Part shown: positions 17,947 through 29,506 of the stretch, piece by piece | Position numbering within the stretch: position 1 is the first letter of the stretch | Layout of the letters: each line of letters begins with the position of its first letter | Assembly: GCA_040772365.1 (NCBI GenBank) | Contig: JAXGYI010000005.1 | Coordinates: 5,132-69,131 of the forward strand | Length of the DNA stretch: 64,000 nt | Direction: 5' to 3' | DNA from: Candidatus Moraniibacteriota bacterium | Lineage (GTDB): Bacteria; Patescibacteriota; Minisyncoccia; Moranbacterales; GCA-2747515 | The notes under the pieces: generated by a model | Told to the model about the DNA's origin: nothing | What the model saw: only the letters and a program-made list of their open reading frames with translations | Databases searched by the model: none | Program-made: the position numbers and the translations under genes

Positions 17947-20900
17947 ATGGTTGAGAACAAGAAAATGAAGGTGAAGAGAAAGTTTAGTGCATCTTCATCA
18001 CTTGCCAAGCGCAAGTTTTTTAAGAAGCAGCTGGCGGTATCATTGCCGAATCTTATTGAAGCGCAGACAGCATCATATGAGTGGTTCTTAGAAAAAGGTT
18101 TGCAGGAATTGTTTGACGAGATTAATCCTATTGCCGATTTTACTGGCAAGGATATGGAGTTATCTTTTTCTCATTATTTTTTGGACGAACCAAAGCACAA
18201 TGAGCTAACAGCGCGTAATAAAAATATTTCTTTTGAAGCGCCGCTACGTGCACAGGCGAAACTCTTATTCAAAAAGACCGGTGAAATCAAGGAGCAGGAA
18301 ATTTATTTTGGTGAATTTCCGATCATGACCGATCGTGGCACCTTTATCATCAATGGTGTAGAGCGCGTAGTTGTGTCACAGCTCATTCGGTCACCGGGTG
18401 TATTCTTTTCTATGGAGTACATTAAAGGGAAGAAGTATTTTGGTGCGAAAATTATTCCCAATCGTGGTGCATGGCTAGAGCTGGAGACAGATCGTGATGG
18501 TGTGATCTATGTTAAAATTGATCGTAAGCGCAAATTGCCTGTAACGGCACTTCTGCGCGCTTTTGGCTATGGGAGCGATGATCAGATTCGGGAATTGTTT
18601 CATGATAATGTGCAGGTGGTGGATGTGGATCACATCGGCGAGACGCTTGCCAAAGATATTACAAAAACACAGGGTGAAGGATATAAGGAAGTGTATAAGC
18701 GTGTGCGCCCAGGTGATTTGGCAACAGAGGAAAATGCCAAGCAGATGATTGATGCGATGTTTTTCAATTTCGATCGCTACGACTTTGGGTCTGTGGGACG
18801 TTATCGACTGAATCAACGCTTGAATATTGAGCGCCCGAATGATCCGGAGAATCGTATTTTAAATGTGGAAGATTTTGTTTTGATTATCAAGGAGATTATT
18901 CGCATGAATAATGATCCGCAGGCAGTTGCTGATGATATTGATCATTTGGGCAATCGTCGTGTCCGTGGTGTTGGTGAGTTAATCCAAAATAAGATGCGGG
19001 TAGGATTTGCACGGATGTCTCGGAATATTAAAGATCGCATGAGTACGAGCGACGTGGCAACTGTTGTGCCGGGACAGATCATCAATACGCGCCCTGTGGC
19101 GGCTGCGATTAAAGAGTTCTTCTCTAGCTCACAGCTTTCGCAGTTTATGGATCAGGTGAATCCACTTGCAGAGCTTGAGCATAAACGCCGCTTGAGTGCT
19201 CTGGGTCCTGGGGGTCTGACGCGTGAGCGTGCAGGCTTTGAGGTGCGTGATGTGCACCACTCACACTATGGACGCATTTGTCCAGTGGAGACGCCGGAGG
19301 GTCCAAACATTGGTCTTGTAGGACACTTGGCGACGTATGCGCGGATTAACGAGTATGGATTTTTGGAAACGCCATATCTGAAAGTAGCGCATGCAGTTGA
19401 AAATCGCCCGGAAGAATTGGAGGGACGCATCCTTACTAAAGCTATTGCTGGCGTAGATGCTGGTGTGGTTATTGATGCTGCAATGGCAAAGAAGATTGCC
19501 AAAGAGAAAAAAATGGAGCATGTGGCAGTAGTGCCATTTGTGACGAATGATGTGCACTATATCAATGCAACTGTCGAGGATCGTTTGACCATTGCACATG
19601 GTGGTACGAAACTTGATGCCAATCGTAATTTTACAGAAGATTTGGCAGTTGTGCGTGTGAACGGACAGCCGGACATGGTGCAGGCGCGTGAGGTGGAGTA
19701 CATTGATGTCTCACCGAAGCAGTGTATCTCTGTTGCAACAGCATTAATTCCATTTTTGGAGCATGATGATGCTAATCGTGCTCTCATGGGATCAAATATG
19801 CAACGTCAAGCTGTATCGTGTGTGAACCCACAGGCACCGCTTGTAGGTACGGGTATTGAGGATAAGGCAGCAGCTGACTCTGGTCAGGCGGTGATTGCCA
19901 AGAACGCTGGAACGGTTGTTGCTGTTGATGGTTTCCGCATCGTCGTAGAAGAAGATGCTCCAGCAGGATCGAAGAAGAAAACAATAAAACGTGAGTATCT
20001 CCTCCATCGTTTTATGAAGTCCAATGCATTCACATCCATGAATCAGGTGCCACGTGTGATGAAGGGCGAGAAGGTGAAAAAGGGACAGCTTTTGGCGGAT
20101 GGTTCATCTACAGATCACGGTGAGTTAGCACTTGGGCAGAATATGCTTGTGGCGTTTATGCCGTGGGAAGGCTATAACTTTGAGGATGCAATTATCATTT
20201 CGGAAAAAGTTTTACGTGAAGATCGTTACAGCTCAATTCATATTGAAGATTTTACGCTTGATGTGCGTGATACAAAACTTGGTCCGGAGGTTGTGACGCG
20301 TGACATTCCCAATATTGGTGAAGAGCGTTTACGTAATCTTGATGAGACGGGCATTATTCGTATTGGTGCAGAGGTGTCGTCTGGCGATATTCTTGTGGGA
20401 AAAATTACACCAAAGGGTGAAGGCGATCTTACGGCAGAGGAGCGACTTCTGCGTGCCATTTTTGGCGAGAAGTCGCGTGATGTTAAAGATTCATCACTGT
20501 ACTTACCGCATGGTGAGCATGGTAAAGTTGTAGACATTAAAATCTTTACGCGTGATCAGGGTGATCGTCTACCAACGGGAGTCAGTCAGCAAATTCAGAT
20601 TTCTGTGGCACAGTTGCGTAAGGTTGCTGTTGGTGACAAACTTGCAGGGCGTCATGGAAATAAGGGTGTCATTTCACGGATTGCTCCTGTGGAAGATATG
20701 CCATATCTTCCAGACGGTACGCCAGTGGATGTCATTTTGAATCCCTTGGGTGTGGCAAGCCGTATGAATATCGGGCAGATCTTGGAAACACACCTTGGAT
20801 GGGCGGCGCGTGCACACGGTTATATGGCAGCAACGCCGGCACTGGATGGTGTTGATGAGGATGACATTAAAGCAGAATTGCGTTCAGCTGGCTTGCCGGA

Positions 20901-21375
20901 AAGCGGAAAAATTACACTCATTGACGGTAAGACGGGACGTCCGTTTGATAATGAATCGACAGTTGGTGTCATGTATATCATGAAGCTCAATCACTTGGTG
21001 GATGACAAGTTGCACATGCGGTCTATTGGTCCATACTCACTGATCACGCAGCAGCCACTTGGCGGGAAGGCTCAGTTCGGTGGACAGCGTTTCGGTGAAA
21101 TGGAAGTGTGGGCACTGGAAGGCTATGGTGCAGCCTATACATTGCAAGAAATGCTTACCATTAAATCTGACGATGTCCTTGGGCGGTCTAAAGCATACGA
21201 ATCAATTATTAAGGGTGAGGAAATTAAGAGTCCAAACCTTCCAGCGTCGTTCCACGTACTTGTGAATGAACTGAAGGGTCTGTGTTTGGATGTAGAACTC
21301 ATCGGACAGAAAGTCGAGTCTGGTGAAGCGGACGGTCGCAGCAGTGATGAGGCGCAGGAAATGGAAGCTGTGTAA
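17947..21375 (+). CDS. rpoB: RNA polymerase beta subunit
   Basis: [52 protein letters not shown]. Confidence 0.99.
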   Translation: MVENKKMKVKRKFSASSSLAKRKFFKKQLAVSLPNLIEAQTASYEWFLEKGLQELFDEINPIADFTGKDMELSFSHYFLDEPKHNELTARNKNISFEAPLRAQAKLLFKKTGEIKEQEIYFGEFPIMTDRGTFIINGVERVVVSQLIRSPGVFFSMEYIKGKKYFGAKIIPNRGAWLELETDRDGVIYVKIDRKRKLPVTALLRAFGYGSDDQIRELFHDNVQVVDVDHIGETLAKDITKTQGEGYKEVYKRVRPGDLATEENAKQMIDAMFFNFDRYDFGSVGRYRLNQRLNIERPNDPENRILNVEDFVLIIKEIIRMNNDPQAVADDIDHLGNRRVRGVGELIQNKMRVGFARMSRNIKDRMSTSDVATVVPGQIINTRPVAAAIKEFFSSSQLSQFMDQVNPLAELEHKRRLSALGPGGLTRERAGFEVRDVHHSHYGRICPVETPEGPNIGLVGHLATYARINEYGFLETPYLKVAHAVENRPEELEGRILTKAIAGVDAGVVIDAAMAKKIAKEKKMEHVAVVPFVTNDVHYINATVEDRLTIAHGGTKLDANRNFTEDLAVVRVNGQPDMVQAREVEYIDVSPKQCISVATALIPFLEHDDANRALMGSNMQRQAVSCVNPQAPLVGTGIEDKAAADSGQAVIAKNAGTVVAVDGFRIVVEEDAPAGSKKKTIKREYLLHRFMKSNAFTSMNQVPRVMKGEKVKKGQLLADGSSTDHGELALGQNMLVAFMPWEGYNFEDAIIISEKVLREDRYSSIHIEDFTLDVRDTKLGPEVVTRDIPNIGEERLRNLDETGIIRIGAEVSSGDILVGKITPKGEGDLTAEERLLRAIFGEKSRDVKDSSLYLPHGEHGKVVDIKIFTRDQGDRLPTGVSQQIQISVAQLRKVAVGDKLAGRHGNKGVISRIAPVEDMPYLPDGTPVDVILNPLGVASRMNIGQILETHLGWAARAHGYMAATPALDGVDEDDIKAELRSAGLPESGKITLIDGKTGRPFDNESTVGVMYIMKLNHLVDDKLHMRSIGPYSLITQQPLGGKAQFGGQRFGEMEVWALEGYGAAYTLQEMLTIKSDDVLGRSKAYESIIKGEEIKSPNLPASFHVLVNELKGLCLDVELIGQKVESGEADGRSSDEAQEMEAV

Positions 21376-21414
21376 CAGTCGCAATCAATAATTGTAATGT
21401 AATGCAAATCACAT

Positions 21415-24400
21415 ATGGAACAAAATATCACCAAAGTGAGCGATTTTGACAGCGTCCGTCTTCGTTTGGCAAGTCCGGACACCATTCGCGAGTGGTCTAG
21501 TGGCGAGGTCACAAAACCAGAAACAATCAACTATCGTACGCAGCGCTATGAGATGGATGGTCTGTTTTGTGAGCGGACATTTGGTCCATCAAAAGACTGG
21601 GAGTGCTATTGTGGAAAGTATAAGCGTATCCGCTATAAAGGAATCGTGTGTGATAAGTGCGGTGTGGAAGTGACGCGATCTATTGTACGACGCGAGCGGA
21701 TGGGGCACATTCAGCTGGCAGTGCCTGTATCGCATATTTGGTTTCTGCGCGGTGTGCCAAGCAAAATTGGTTTGGCACTGGGGTTGAGTCCACAGGCATT
21801 GGAAAAAGTCATCTACTTCTCCTCGTATATTGTTACGACGATTGATGAGGAGGCACGTGAGCGAGCATTGGAGAGTTTGGATAGTGAGTTTACGCACAAG
21901 CAAAAAGATCTGAAGGCGCGGGGTGATGGGGAATTGCTTGACGAACTAAAGAAGCAGTACCGATCTAAGCGTGACACACTGCGTGCGCTGGTGCCGTATC
22001 AAATTTTGAGTGAAATGGAGTACTTCACACTTTCCACAAGCTTTGGACAGGTGTTTACAGCTGGTATTGGCGCAGAGGCAATTCGTGATGTGCTAATCGC
22101 AATGGATGTGGATACAATGATGGAGCGTCTCTCTGCAGAATTGGATGAGGCAGATTCTTTGACGAAGAAGAAGATTCTGAAACGCATCAAATTTTTTCAA
22201 GGTGTAAAAAATGCTGCTATCGACTTGGATTGGATGCTGCCGACAGTGATTCCGGTCATTCCGCCAGATCTACGTCCAATGGTAGCGTTGGATGGTGGGC
22301 GCTTTGCAACATCTGACTTAAACGATTTGTATCGGCGTATCATTAACCGCAATAATCGCTTGAAGAAGCTATTGGAGTTGCGTGCACCAGAAGTGATTAC
22401 ACGCAATGAGAAGCGCATGCTGCAAGAGGCTGTGGATGCACTGTTGGACAATTCGGCACGTCGTGGTCAAGCTTCAGTAGCAGCATCGACGGGGCAGCGT
22501 CGCGCACTGCGTTCTCTTGCTGACTCTTTAAAGGGGAAACAGGGGCGTTTTCGTCAAAACTTACTAGGGAAGCGTGTGGATTATTCTGGACGTAGCGTGA
22601 TTGTTATTGGTCCAAAACTGCATTTACACCAGGCAGGTCTTCCGAAGCGTATGGCTCTGGAGCTTTTCAAGCCGTTCATTATTAACAAGCTCATTGAACG
22701 TGAGTATGCGCATAATGTACGTACAGCAGGTCGCATGGTGGATAATGAGACGGAGGAGGCATATGAAATTTTGGATGATATTATCTCACATCACTACGTG
22801 ATGCTCAATCGCGCCCCAACCCTTCACCGGTTGTCAATTCAGGCGTTTCAACCAGTATTAATTGAGGGGAAGGCAATCCAATTGCATCCGATGGTGTGTG
22901 CGGCATTTAACGCTGATTTTGATGGTGATCAGATGGCAGTACATGTGCCATTGACCGACAAAGCACGTTACGAAGCAGAAAATATTATGCTGTCTTCCAA
23001 AAACCTGATCAAGCCGGCAAGTGGTGAGCCGATTACTACGCCATCTCTAGATCTTGTACTGGGTATCTACTACTTGACACATATTAAAAAGGGTGCGCAT
23101 GGTGAAGGGAAGCTTGTGGCGAATATGGATGAGGCAATCTTGGCATATCAAAATGGCGCAATTGCCGTGAATGCAGAAATTCATATGTTATATGGCGATA
23201 AGGTTTATGTAACATCAGCAGGACGTGCAATGTTCAATGATATTTTGCCGGAGAACCTTCGCTATATCAATGAAGAATTGACCAAGAAAGACCTTAAGGA
23301 CATCGTAGCGCGTATGCTGGATACAGTTGGACAGGAAGAGACGGCGCTCTTCATTGATCGTGTGAAAAATCTTGGCTTCAAAAATGTGACACTCTCTGGT
23401 ATTAGTTGGGGTATGGATGATCTTATGGTGCCGGAAGAAAAAGCGAATATTTTGGAGCAGGCAAAGGGTAAGGTGGAGGGCGTCAAAGAGAGCTATAATG
23501 CTGGCTTACTAACAAATGAGGAGCGGAAGAATCGTGTGATTGATATTTGGAATCAGGCAAAGGACGATATCACAGACAAAGTACGCGCATCGCTTGATAG
23601 AGAGGGTCCGGTGTATTCCATGGTGTACTCCAAAGCACGTGGTAGCGAATCTGTTGTTGTGCAGATGACTGGTATGAAAGGTTTGATGGCGGGTGCAACA
23701 GGGGAGACGCTGGAGTTACCGGTGCGTAGCTCATACAAAGAAGGGCTGGATGTGTTGGAGTACTTCATTTCAACACATGGTGCACGTAAAGGTATGGCAG
23801 ATACGGCGCTTCGCACAGCAACAGCAGGCTACCTAACACGTCGCTTGGTAGATGTGGCACAGGATGTGATTGTAACAGAAGCGGATTGCGGTGATCGTTC
23901 TGGAGGATTCGTCTATCGCGAGGACTCCGATCGTATTGGCATTGCTTTCGCATCACGTGTGGAGGGGCGTACAGCACTGGGACAAATTGTACATCCCACA
24001 ACCGGTAAGGTTTTGGCGAAGTCTAGTGACTTGATTACAAAAAAACAGGCACAGGCCATTGATCAATCCGGTATTGACAAAGTGAAAATTCGCACGGCAA
24101 CGGCATGTAAAACACTGCGCGGTATCTGCCAAAAGTGCTATGGCCTTGACCTAGGTCGCAAAGATCTTGTGGCATTAGGACAGGCTGTTGGTACAGTGGC
24201 AGCGCAGGCAATTGGTGAGCCGGGTACACAGTTGACCATGCGTACATTTCACGTTGGCGGTGTGGCAGGATCAGATATTACGCAAGGCTTGCCACGTGTG
24301 GAAGAAATTTTTGAAGCACGTGCGCCCAAGGGTGAATCTATTATTTCTGAAGTGGATGGTAGTGTTGTGGAGGTGCACGATGAGGGTGGTAAAATGACGA

Positions 24401-25011
24401 CGATTATCATTGAAAAAGATGGCAAGCGTAAGCAGCAGAAGAAGTATGCTGTGCCATCCAATTCCACAATCAATGTTGCTGTTGGCGATTTAGTGGCAAA
24501 GGGTACACCTCTGAACGAGGGGCATATTGATCTCAAAAAACTCTATGACACGATGGGCAAGGAAGAAGTACACCGTTATATTGTGAGCGAGATCCAGTCC
24601 ATCTATGCGTCACAGGGTGAGGGAATCAATGACAAGCACGTGGAAATCATCATTCGTCAGATGTTCTCACGTATTCGTATTGTGGAGGCAGGTGATACAG
24701 CACTGATTCCTGGTGAAATTGTGGAGCTGAGTGAGTTCACTGACGCCAACACCGATGTGGAAAAAACCGGTGGTACGGTAGCAGAAGGTGAGCAGATGAT
24801 CTTGGGGATCACCAAGGTGGCACTGTCCACGGAGTCATTCCTCTCTGCAGCATCTTTCCAAGAGACGGCGCGCGTTCTCATTAATGCCGCTATTACTGGC
24901 AAACAAGATCGCCTACGTGGTCTCAAAGAAAACGTCATTATCGGACGCCTCATCCCTGCAGGTACCGGCTTTCGCGCACATCAGGAGACTGAGGTGGAAG
25001 AAGTGGCATAG
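21415..25011 (+). CDS. rpoC: RNA polymerase beta' subunit
   Basis: Catalytic [30 protein letters not shown]. Confidence 0.99.
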   Translation: MEQNITKVSDFDSVRLRLASPDTIREWSSGEVTKPETINYRTQRYEMDGLFCERTFGPSKDWECYCGKYKRIRYKGIVCDKCGVEVTRSIVRRERMGHIQLAVPVSHIWFLRGVPSKIGLALGLSPQALEKVIYFSSYIVTTIDEEARERALESLDSEFTHKQKDLKARGDGELLDELKKQYRSKRDTLRALVPYQILSEMEYFTLSTSFGQVFTAGIGAEAIRDVLIAMDVDTMMERLSAELDEADSLTKKKILKRIKFFQGVKNAAIDLDWMLPTVIPVIPPDLRPMVALDGGRFATSDLNDLYRRIINRNNRLKKLLELRAPEVITRNEKRMLQEAVDALLDNSARRGQASVAASTGQRRALRSLADSLKGKQGRFRQNLLGKRVDYSGRSVIVIGPKLHLHQAGLPKRMALELFKPFIINKLIEREYAHNVRTAGRMVDNETEEAYEILDDIISHHYVMLNRAPTLHRLSIQAFQPVLIEGKAIQLHPMVCAAFNADFDGDQMAVHVPLTDKARYEAENIMLSSKNLIKPASGEPITTPSLDLVLGIYYLTHIKKGAHGEGKLVANMDEAILAYQNGAIAVNAEIHMLYGDKVYVTSAGRAMFNDILPENLRYINEELTKKDLKDIVARMLDTVGQEETALFIDRVKNLGFKNVTLSGISWGMDDLMVPEEKANILEQAKGKVEGVKESYNAGLLTNEERKNRVIDIWNQAKDDITDKVRASLDREGPVYSMVYSKARGSESVVVQMTGMKGLMAGATGETLELPVRSSYKEGLDVLEYFISTHGARKGMADTALRTATAGYLTRRLVDVAQDVIVTEADCGDRSGGFVYREDSDRIGIAFASRVEGRTALGQIVHPTTGKVLAKSSDLITKKQAQAIDQSGIDKVKIRTATACKTLRGICQKCYGLDLGRKDLVALGQAVGTVAAQAIGEPGTQLTMRTFHVGGVAGSDITQGLPRVEEIFEARAPKGESIISEVDGSVVEVHDEGGKMTTIIIEKDGKRKQQKKYAVPSNSTINVAVGDLVAKGTPLNEGHIDLKKLYDTMGKEEVHRYIVSEIQSIYASQGEGINDKHVEIIIRQMFSRIRIVEAGDTALIPGEIVELSEFTDANTDVEKTGGTVAEGEQMILGITKVALSTESFLSAASFQETARVLINAAITGKQDRLRGLKENVIIGRLIPAGTGFRAHQETEVEEVA

Positions 25012-25041
25012 TCGCACGGGGTAGATATATCGCATGCAATG

Positions 25042-25078
25042 AAAAACCGACGCCAATTATATGGTGTCGGTTTTTTTT
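25042..25078. terminator. Bidirectional intrinsic terminator after rpoC
   Basis: AAAAACCGACGCCA-ATTATA-TGGTGTCGGTTTTTTTT. Confidence 0.8.
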
Positions 25079-25097
25079 CTCTTGTGGGAAGCGTGTA

Positions 25098-25505
25098 CTA
25101 TGGTGCCTGAGGACAGAGCACCTGTCCGATTTGTTGGAAGTAACGGCAACCGTCTTTCTGGTATGCGATGCCGTTTGGAGTATACCCCACACCACTTCTG
25201 GGCATATATCCTTTCATTGACGGAGTCTTGCCATATGCGCGCTGTGGCGGAACGAATGATGTTGGAGGTGCATTCCCGCGCCGATCCTGGTACGCGTCGG
25301 AATCCCTCTGCAGATCGTTGATGTCGCGGCGGACATCAATTTGTTGCCGCATTAAGTTTACATCTTGTCTGCCGATGTCATACTTGATTTCGGCGACATC
25401 CCTTACGATACCCATGATTTCTCGGACATTCCAGATCGCATCATTCCATGCATATGCAGAGGATGGAAGAGTAATAAGAATAATGATACAGGTAATTTTT
25501 TTCAT
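25098..25505 (-). CDS. Hypothetical secreted protein
   Basis: MKK-type signal peptide with AYA cleavage site, AAGGAGG RBS, C-terminal Cys pair. Confidence 0.65.
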   Translation of the reverse strand: MKKITCIIILITLPSSAYAWNDAIWNVREIMGIVRDVAEIKYDIGRQDVNLMRQQIDVRRDINDLQRDSDAYQDRRGNAPPTSFVPPQRAYGKTPSMKGYMPRSGVGYTPNGIAYQKDGCRYFQQIGQVLCPQAP

Positions 25506-25735
25506 AATGTCCTCCTTGATATGTATTTTTTAAGTTTACGAATGAGCAATACAGTTAAATCGCATTATATCATCTTTTAGTAAAAAAGTCAAGTATTTGA
25601 TTTAATGATATGTAGAGGAATCTCAATATTAGGACCTTTTATTGTGTGACAGCAGGTTTTGCATCGAGGAATTCTATGCTGTGTGCAGGGAAGTGCCTTG
25701 TGGTATAATGAACCTCACTTGCATAAAACTGTGCT

Positions 25736-27085
25736 ATGGCAATTGAACGCTATCAATACTACCGGCCGCGACGTACGCCACTTCGCGATGCGACGCACGA
25801 TCAACTGAGCGCGTCAACGGTGGCGTGGTGGCGAGCTGTGAGTTTTGTGGCGTTTGGCGTGGTGGTGTGCGCTGCGGTATGGTTTGGATGGAAGAATGTT
25901 GCAGGATTTGTTGAGCAGAGACAGACGCACGAGGAGGTGCGTGGCGATGATGGTGCGACCGCGCAAACCGACGGCAATGTCAATGCGGACACTGCGTCGG
26001 ATCGTGTCAATGAGCGCATTACGTCGTATACTATTGCCGAGGGGGATATTCCTGCTGATGTGTTTGCACGCGAAGGGCGTTTTGACGCTAATGAGATTGC
26101 GGCACTGATTGACGCGGGCAAGGATGTGTTTGATCTGACAAAATTGAAAATCGGGCAGCCGATGCGTTTTTGCACCGATACGAGGACGGGCGAGACGGTA
26201 CGTGTGGAGTATGACTGCGACACGGAATCCACGATTGTTGCTGAGCGCAGGGAGAGTGGCTTCGCGGTGCGCAAAGATGCCATTGCCTACGATGTGGTAG
26301 AGCGGTCCGTATCCGGCACGATTGACAATTTTTTTTATGTGGACGCGATAAATGCAGGGCTGACGGAGCCGACGATTTTGACGGTTGGTGATATGTTTTC
26401 GTTCAGTTTTGACTTCATGACGGATATTCGTGTGGGTGATACGTTTGCAGTGGTCTATGAAGAGCGGTTGCGCGACGGGACGCGCGGTCCTGATGGCGTC
26501 GTGCGTGCTGCACGATTTGTCAACGACGGCACGTCGCACGAAGCCTACTATTTTGAGTATGATGGTGCGGGCGCCTACTATGATGGCGATGGGCATAAGC
26601 TGGAGCGGCAGTTTTTGCAGGCACCACTCAGTTACCGGCGCATCACATCCGGTTTTACGGGTGCGCGACGGCATCCGATTACAAAAAGAGTATCGGCGCA
26701 CTATCAAATTGACTATGCTGCGCCGACGGGGACGCCGGTTGTTGCTACGGCGGAAGGCACGGTGAGTAGTGCTGGATGGGAGGGTGGTTGGGGTAACATG
26801 ATTCGTCTGACTCATGCCAACGGCTACACAACGCACTACGGGCACTTAAGCGCCATTGCAAAAAATATTCGCAGTGGTGCACATGTGTCACGCGGCGATG
26901 TGATTGGCTTTGTGGGATCCACGGGATGGTCTACGGGTCCACATTTGGATTATGGTATGAAGAAAAATGGCACACCTGTCAATCCCATGAAATTGGAGCA
27001 ACCGAAGGGTGATCCATTGGACAGTGCGGCACGAGAAGCATTTTTGCGCCACAAAGAGATGTATATGCACCAATTGGGACTGTGA
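25736..27085 (+). CDS. M23-family peptidoglycan endopeptidase (MepM/OapA-like)
   Basis: N-terminal TM; ITSGF..R.HP, HYQIDYAAP.GTPV, YGHL and STGPHLDY motifs. Confidence 0.9.
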   Translation: MAIERYQYYRPRRTPLRDATHDQLSASTVAWWRAVSFVAFGVVVCAAVWFGWKNVAGFVEQRQTHEEVRGDDGATAQTDGNVNADTASDRVNERITSYTIAEGDIPADVFAREGRFDANEIAALIDAGKDVFDLTKLKIGQPMRFCTDTRTGETVRVEYDCDTESTIVAERRESGFAVRKDAIAYDVVERSVSGTIDNFFYVDAINAGLTEPTILTVGDMFSFSFDFMTDIRVGDTFAVVYEERLRDGTRGPDGVVRAARFVNDGTSHEAYYFEYDGAGAYYDGDGHKLERQFLQAPLSYRRITSGFTGARRHPITKRVSAHYQIDYAAPTGTPVVATAEGTVSSAGWEGGWGNMIRLTHANGYTTHYGHLSAIAKNIRSGAHVSRGDVIGFVGSTGWSTGPHLDYGMKKNGTPVNPMKLEQPKGDPLDSAAREAFLRHKEMYMHQLGL

Positions 27086-27139
27086 GTGTGATACGTTTTG
27101 ATTGTAGGGTGCTGTGTAATATGAAGTAGTGTGCCTGCT

Positions 27140-27168
27140 TTGACAGAACGGGGGCACTGTAGTACCAT
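27140..27168 (+). promoter_or_regulatory. sigma70-type promoter upstream of candidate 6S RNA and rny
   Basis: TTGACA-17 nt-TACCAT. Confidence 0.6.
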
Positions 27169-27188
27169 TGGTGCAGGTATTATTAAGT

Positions 27189-27325
27189 AAGCGACTGGAC
27201 AGTTGGGATGTGTAGATGGGCGCATAATACTACGTAAAAAGGACAAATCCGCATTTTTTTCGTACACAACGGTTGTTTATGATTACAGTCAATCATCATA
27301 CATCGCTCACGAACAGTATGCGCGC
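27189..27325 (+). ncRNA. ssrS: Candidate 6S RNA
   Basis: Rod-like hairpin by manual pairing (ACTG/CAGT, TGGG/CTCA, ATGTGT/ATACAT, GATG/CATC, bubble, CATAA/TTATG, TACG/CGTA, AAAAA/TTTTT, GGA/TCC); located upstream of rny. Confidence 0.55.
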
Positions 27326-27402
27326 GTGTTTTAAGACGCGTATCTTTTAGCGTTGTTGGCGCACGGTATTACTACACATACAATCGGTCCTCTGAAAAAT
27401 TT

Positions 27403-28932
27403 ATGATTACCCCGACAATGGTGGGGCTTTTAGTTCTTGTACTTGGTGGTGGTGTGGCACTGGGCTATATTATCCGCCAAACAATTGCTAAAAATCGCAC
27501 AAAAGATGCGGAAGGACACGCTGAACGCATTATTGCCGAAGCAAAAACTAAGGCACAGGAAGCGCTTCTGGAGGCAAAGAATAAGGCCGTCGACATTATT
27601 GATGAGGCGAATCAGGAAGAGAGAGAGCGCAAGATGATTATTCATGAAACAGAGAAGCGGCTGGAAAAGCGTGAAAGTCTCCTGGATCAAAAATTGGAAG
27701 AAGTTGAAGAAGGTAAAAAGGCGCTGGAGGCAAAAGCGCAGGAGGTGCGTGATGTTCGCGCGCGGGTGGAGGAGATGCGCCTAGAGGAGATGCGCCGCTT
27801 GGAGTCAATCGGTGAGTTAACGCAAGAGCAAGCAAAGAAAGCACTACTGCAACTTACGGAAGCACAAAACAAAGAGGAGTTCGCACAGCAGATGATGCGA
27901 CTGCAGAAGCAGTCTCATGAGGACTTGGAACGTGAGGCGCGTAATATTATGACGCATGTCATTCAGAAGTATTCACGATCACATGCAGCAGAGGTTATGA
28001 CGTCTACTTTGACAATCCCATCAGAGGAGGTGAAGGGGAAAATTATTGGCAAGGAAGGACGCAACATTCGTGCATTGGAGCGTGTAACAGGTGTGGAATT
28101 GATCATTGATGAAACACCGGATTCCATTGTGCTATCATCATTCGATCCGGTACGTCGCGAGGTGGCAAAGATTGCCTTGGAAAAACTGATTGATGATGGG
28201 CGTATTCATCCGGCAAAAATTGAGGAGATTGTTGCATGGGCGGAAAAAGAAATCGATCATCGTGTGCGTGAAGCAGGTGATGCTGCTGCCTATGAGGTAG
28301 GGATCGCCGGACTAGACCCTAAGCTAATCTACATGCTTGGACGTCTACGCTATCGCACGAGCTATAAACAAAATGTTCTACTGCACTCCTTGGAGGTGTC
28401 GTATCTCTCTGGCGCACTAGCGGCGGAGCTTGGCGCGGATGTGAAGGTTGCCAAAATGGCGGGACTTTTTCACGATATTGGCAAGGCTGTGGACCATGAG
28501 GTGCAGGGAACGCATGTAGAGATTGGGCGAAAGATTTTAGAGAAGTTTCATATAGACAGGAACGTAATTGAAGCGATGGAGGCACATCATGAAGAATATC
28601 CCTATGCACGACCGGAGGCGTATATTGTGGCGGCAGCTGATGCGCTGTCTGCGGCCCGACCCGGAGCACGTAAGGATACAGTGGAGAATTACCTGAAGCG
28701 ATTGGAAGAGCTTGAGGCATTAACGAATAGTTTTGATGCAGTAGAGAAGTGTTATGCGATTCAAGCAGGACGCGAAATTCGCGTGTTTGTAAAACCGGAA
28801 CACGTGGATGATCTAGCAGCAGCAAAGTTAGCACGTGCCATTGCAGACAAGATTGAAGAAGAACTGAAATACCCTGGCGAGATTAAAGTCAATGTTTTGC
28901 GCGAGTTGCGTGCGGTGGAATATGCACGCTAA
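27403..28932 (+). CDS. rny: Ribonuclease Y
   Basis: TM plus coiled coil, KH motif KGKIIGKEGRNIR, HD motif LFHDIGK, LSAARPGAR. Confidence 0.97.
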   Translation: MITPTMVGLLVLVLGGGVALGYIIRQTIAKNRTKDAEGHAERIIAEAKTKAQEALLEAKNKAVDIIDEANQEERERKMIIHETEKRLEKRESLLDQKLEEVEEGKKALEAKAQEVRDVRARVEEMRLEEMRRLESIGELTQEQAKKALLQLTEAQNKEEFAQQMMRLQKQSHEDLEREARNIMTHVIQKYSRSHAAEVMTSTLTIPSEEVKGKIIGKEGRNIRALERVTGVELIIDETPDSIVLSSFDPVRREVAKIALEKLIDDGRIHPAKIEEIVAWAEKEIDHRVREAGDAAAYEVGIAGLDPKLIYMLGRLRYRTSYKQNVLLHSLEVSYLSGALAAELGADVKVAKMAGLFHDIGKAVDHEVQGTHVEIGRKILEKFHIDRNVIEAMEAHHEEYPYARPEAYIVAAADALSAARPGARKDTVENYLKRLEELEALTNSFDAVEKCYAIQAGREIRVFVKPEHVDDLAAAKLARAIADKIEEELKYPGEIKVNVLRELRAVEYAR

Positions 28933-29092
28933 AAGAGGCAAAACCGTTTGACAAGAAGAGGAAGAGCCATCATCATAGAGGGGAGGCTGTGAATAACAGA
29001 AGAGCGCGCCGCGTGTTTTACAGTAAAAACATACGGCTATGCGCCATAAGAGAAGAGTAAAAATTTAGCGTTAGAAAGGACGGTGAAATCAC

Positions 29093-29377
29093 ATGGCACA
29101 AAAAATTAACAAGGGCATGCTCGTGGAAACACTTGCAGGTAAACTGGATGTGAGCAAGCGTGACGCAGAGCGTTTCGTGGAAGCGATCATTGATGAAATC
29201 ACAACACAGTTGCAGCGTGGCAATGAGGTGGCACTAACAGGTTTTGGTTCGTTTTCCGTATCAAAGCGTGCAGCACGTCAAGGCGTGAATCCAAAAACTG
29301 GAGAGAGAATTCAGATTGCGGCGACAACTGTACCAAAGTTTAAGGCTGGTAAAGCACTGAAGGATGCTGTGAAATAA
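29093..29377 (+). CDS. hup: DNA-binding protein HU
   Basis: LTGFGSF....RAARQGVNPKTGE.I.I....VPKFKAGK. Confidence 0.95.
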   Translation: MAQKINKGMLVETLAGKLDVSKRDAERFVEAIIDEITTQLQRGNEVALTGFGSFSVSKRAARQGVNPKTGERIQIAATTVPKFKAGKALKDAVK

Positions 29378-29400
29378 TACCGCAATAGTATTTTATAAGG

Positions 29401-29430
29401 AAGCCACCTCGTACAGGGGTGGTTTTCGTT
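29401..29430 (+). terminator. Intrinsic terminator after hup
   Basis: AAGCCACCTC-GTACA-GGGGTGGTTTT. Confidence 0.65.
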
Positions 29431-29506
29431 TGCTCACAAACAAATGGCACGTATTTGTGGTATAATAACAAAAGGACAAGAAGATGAAATTTTTTTACTA
29501 TATTCT

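Noticed and set aside
25814-26845. 343-aa minus-strand ORF
   Set aside because: Antisense shadow of the M23 peptidase gene; no recognisable motifs.
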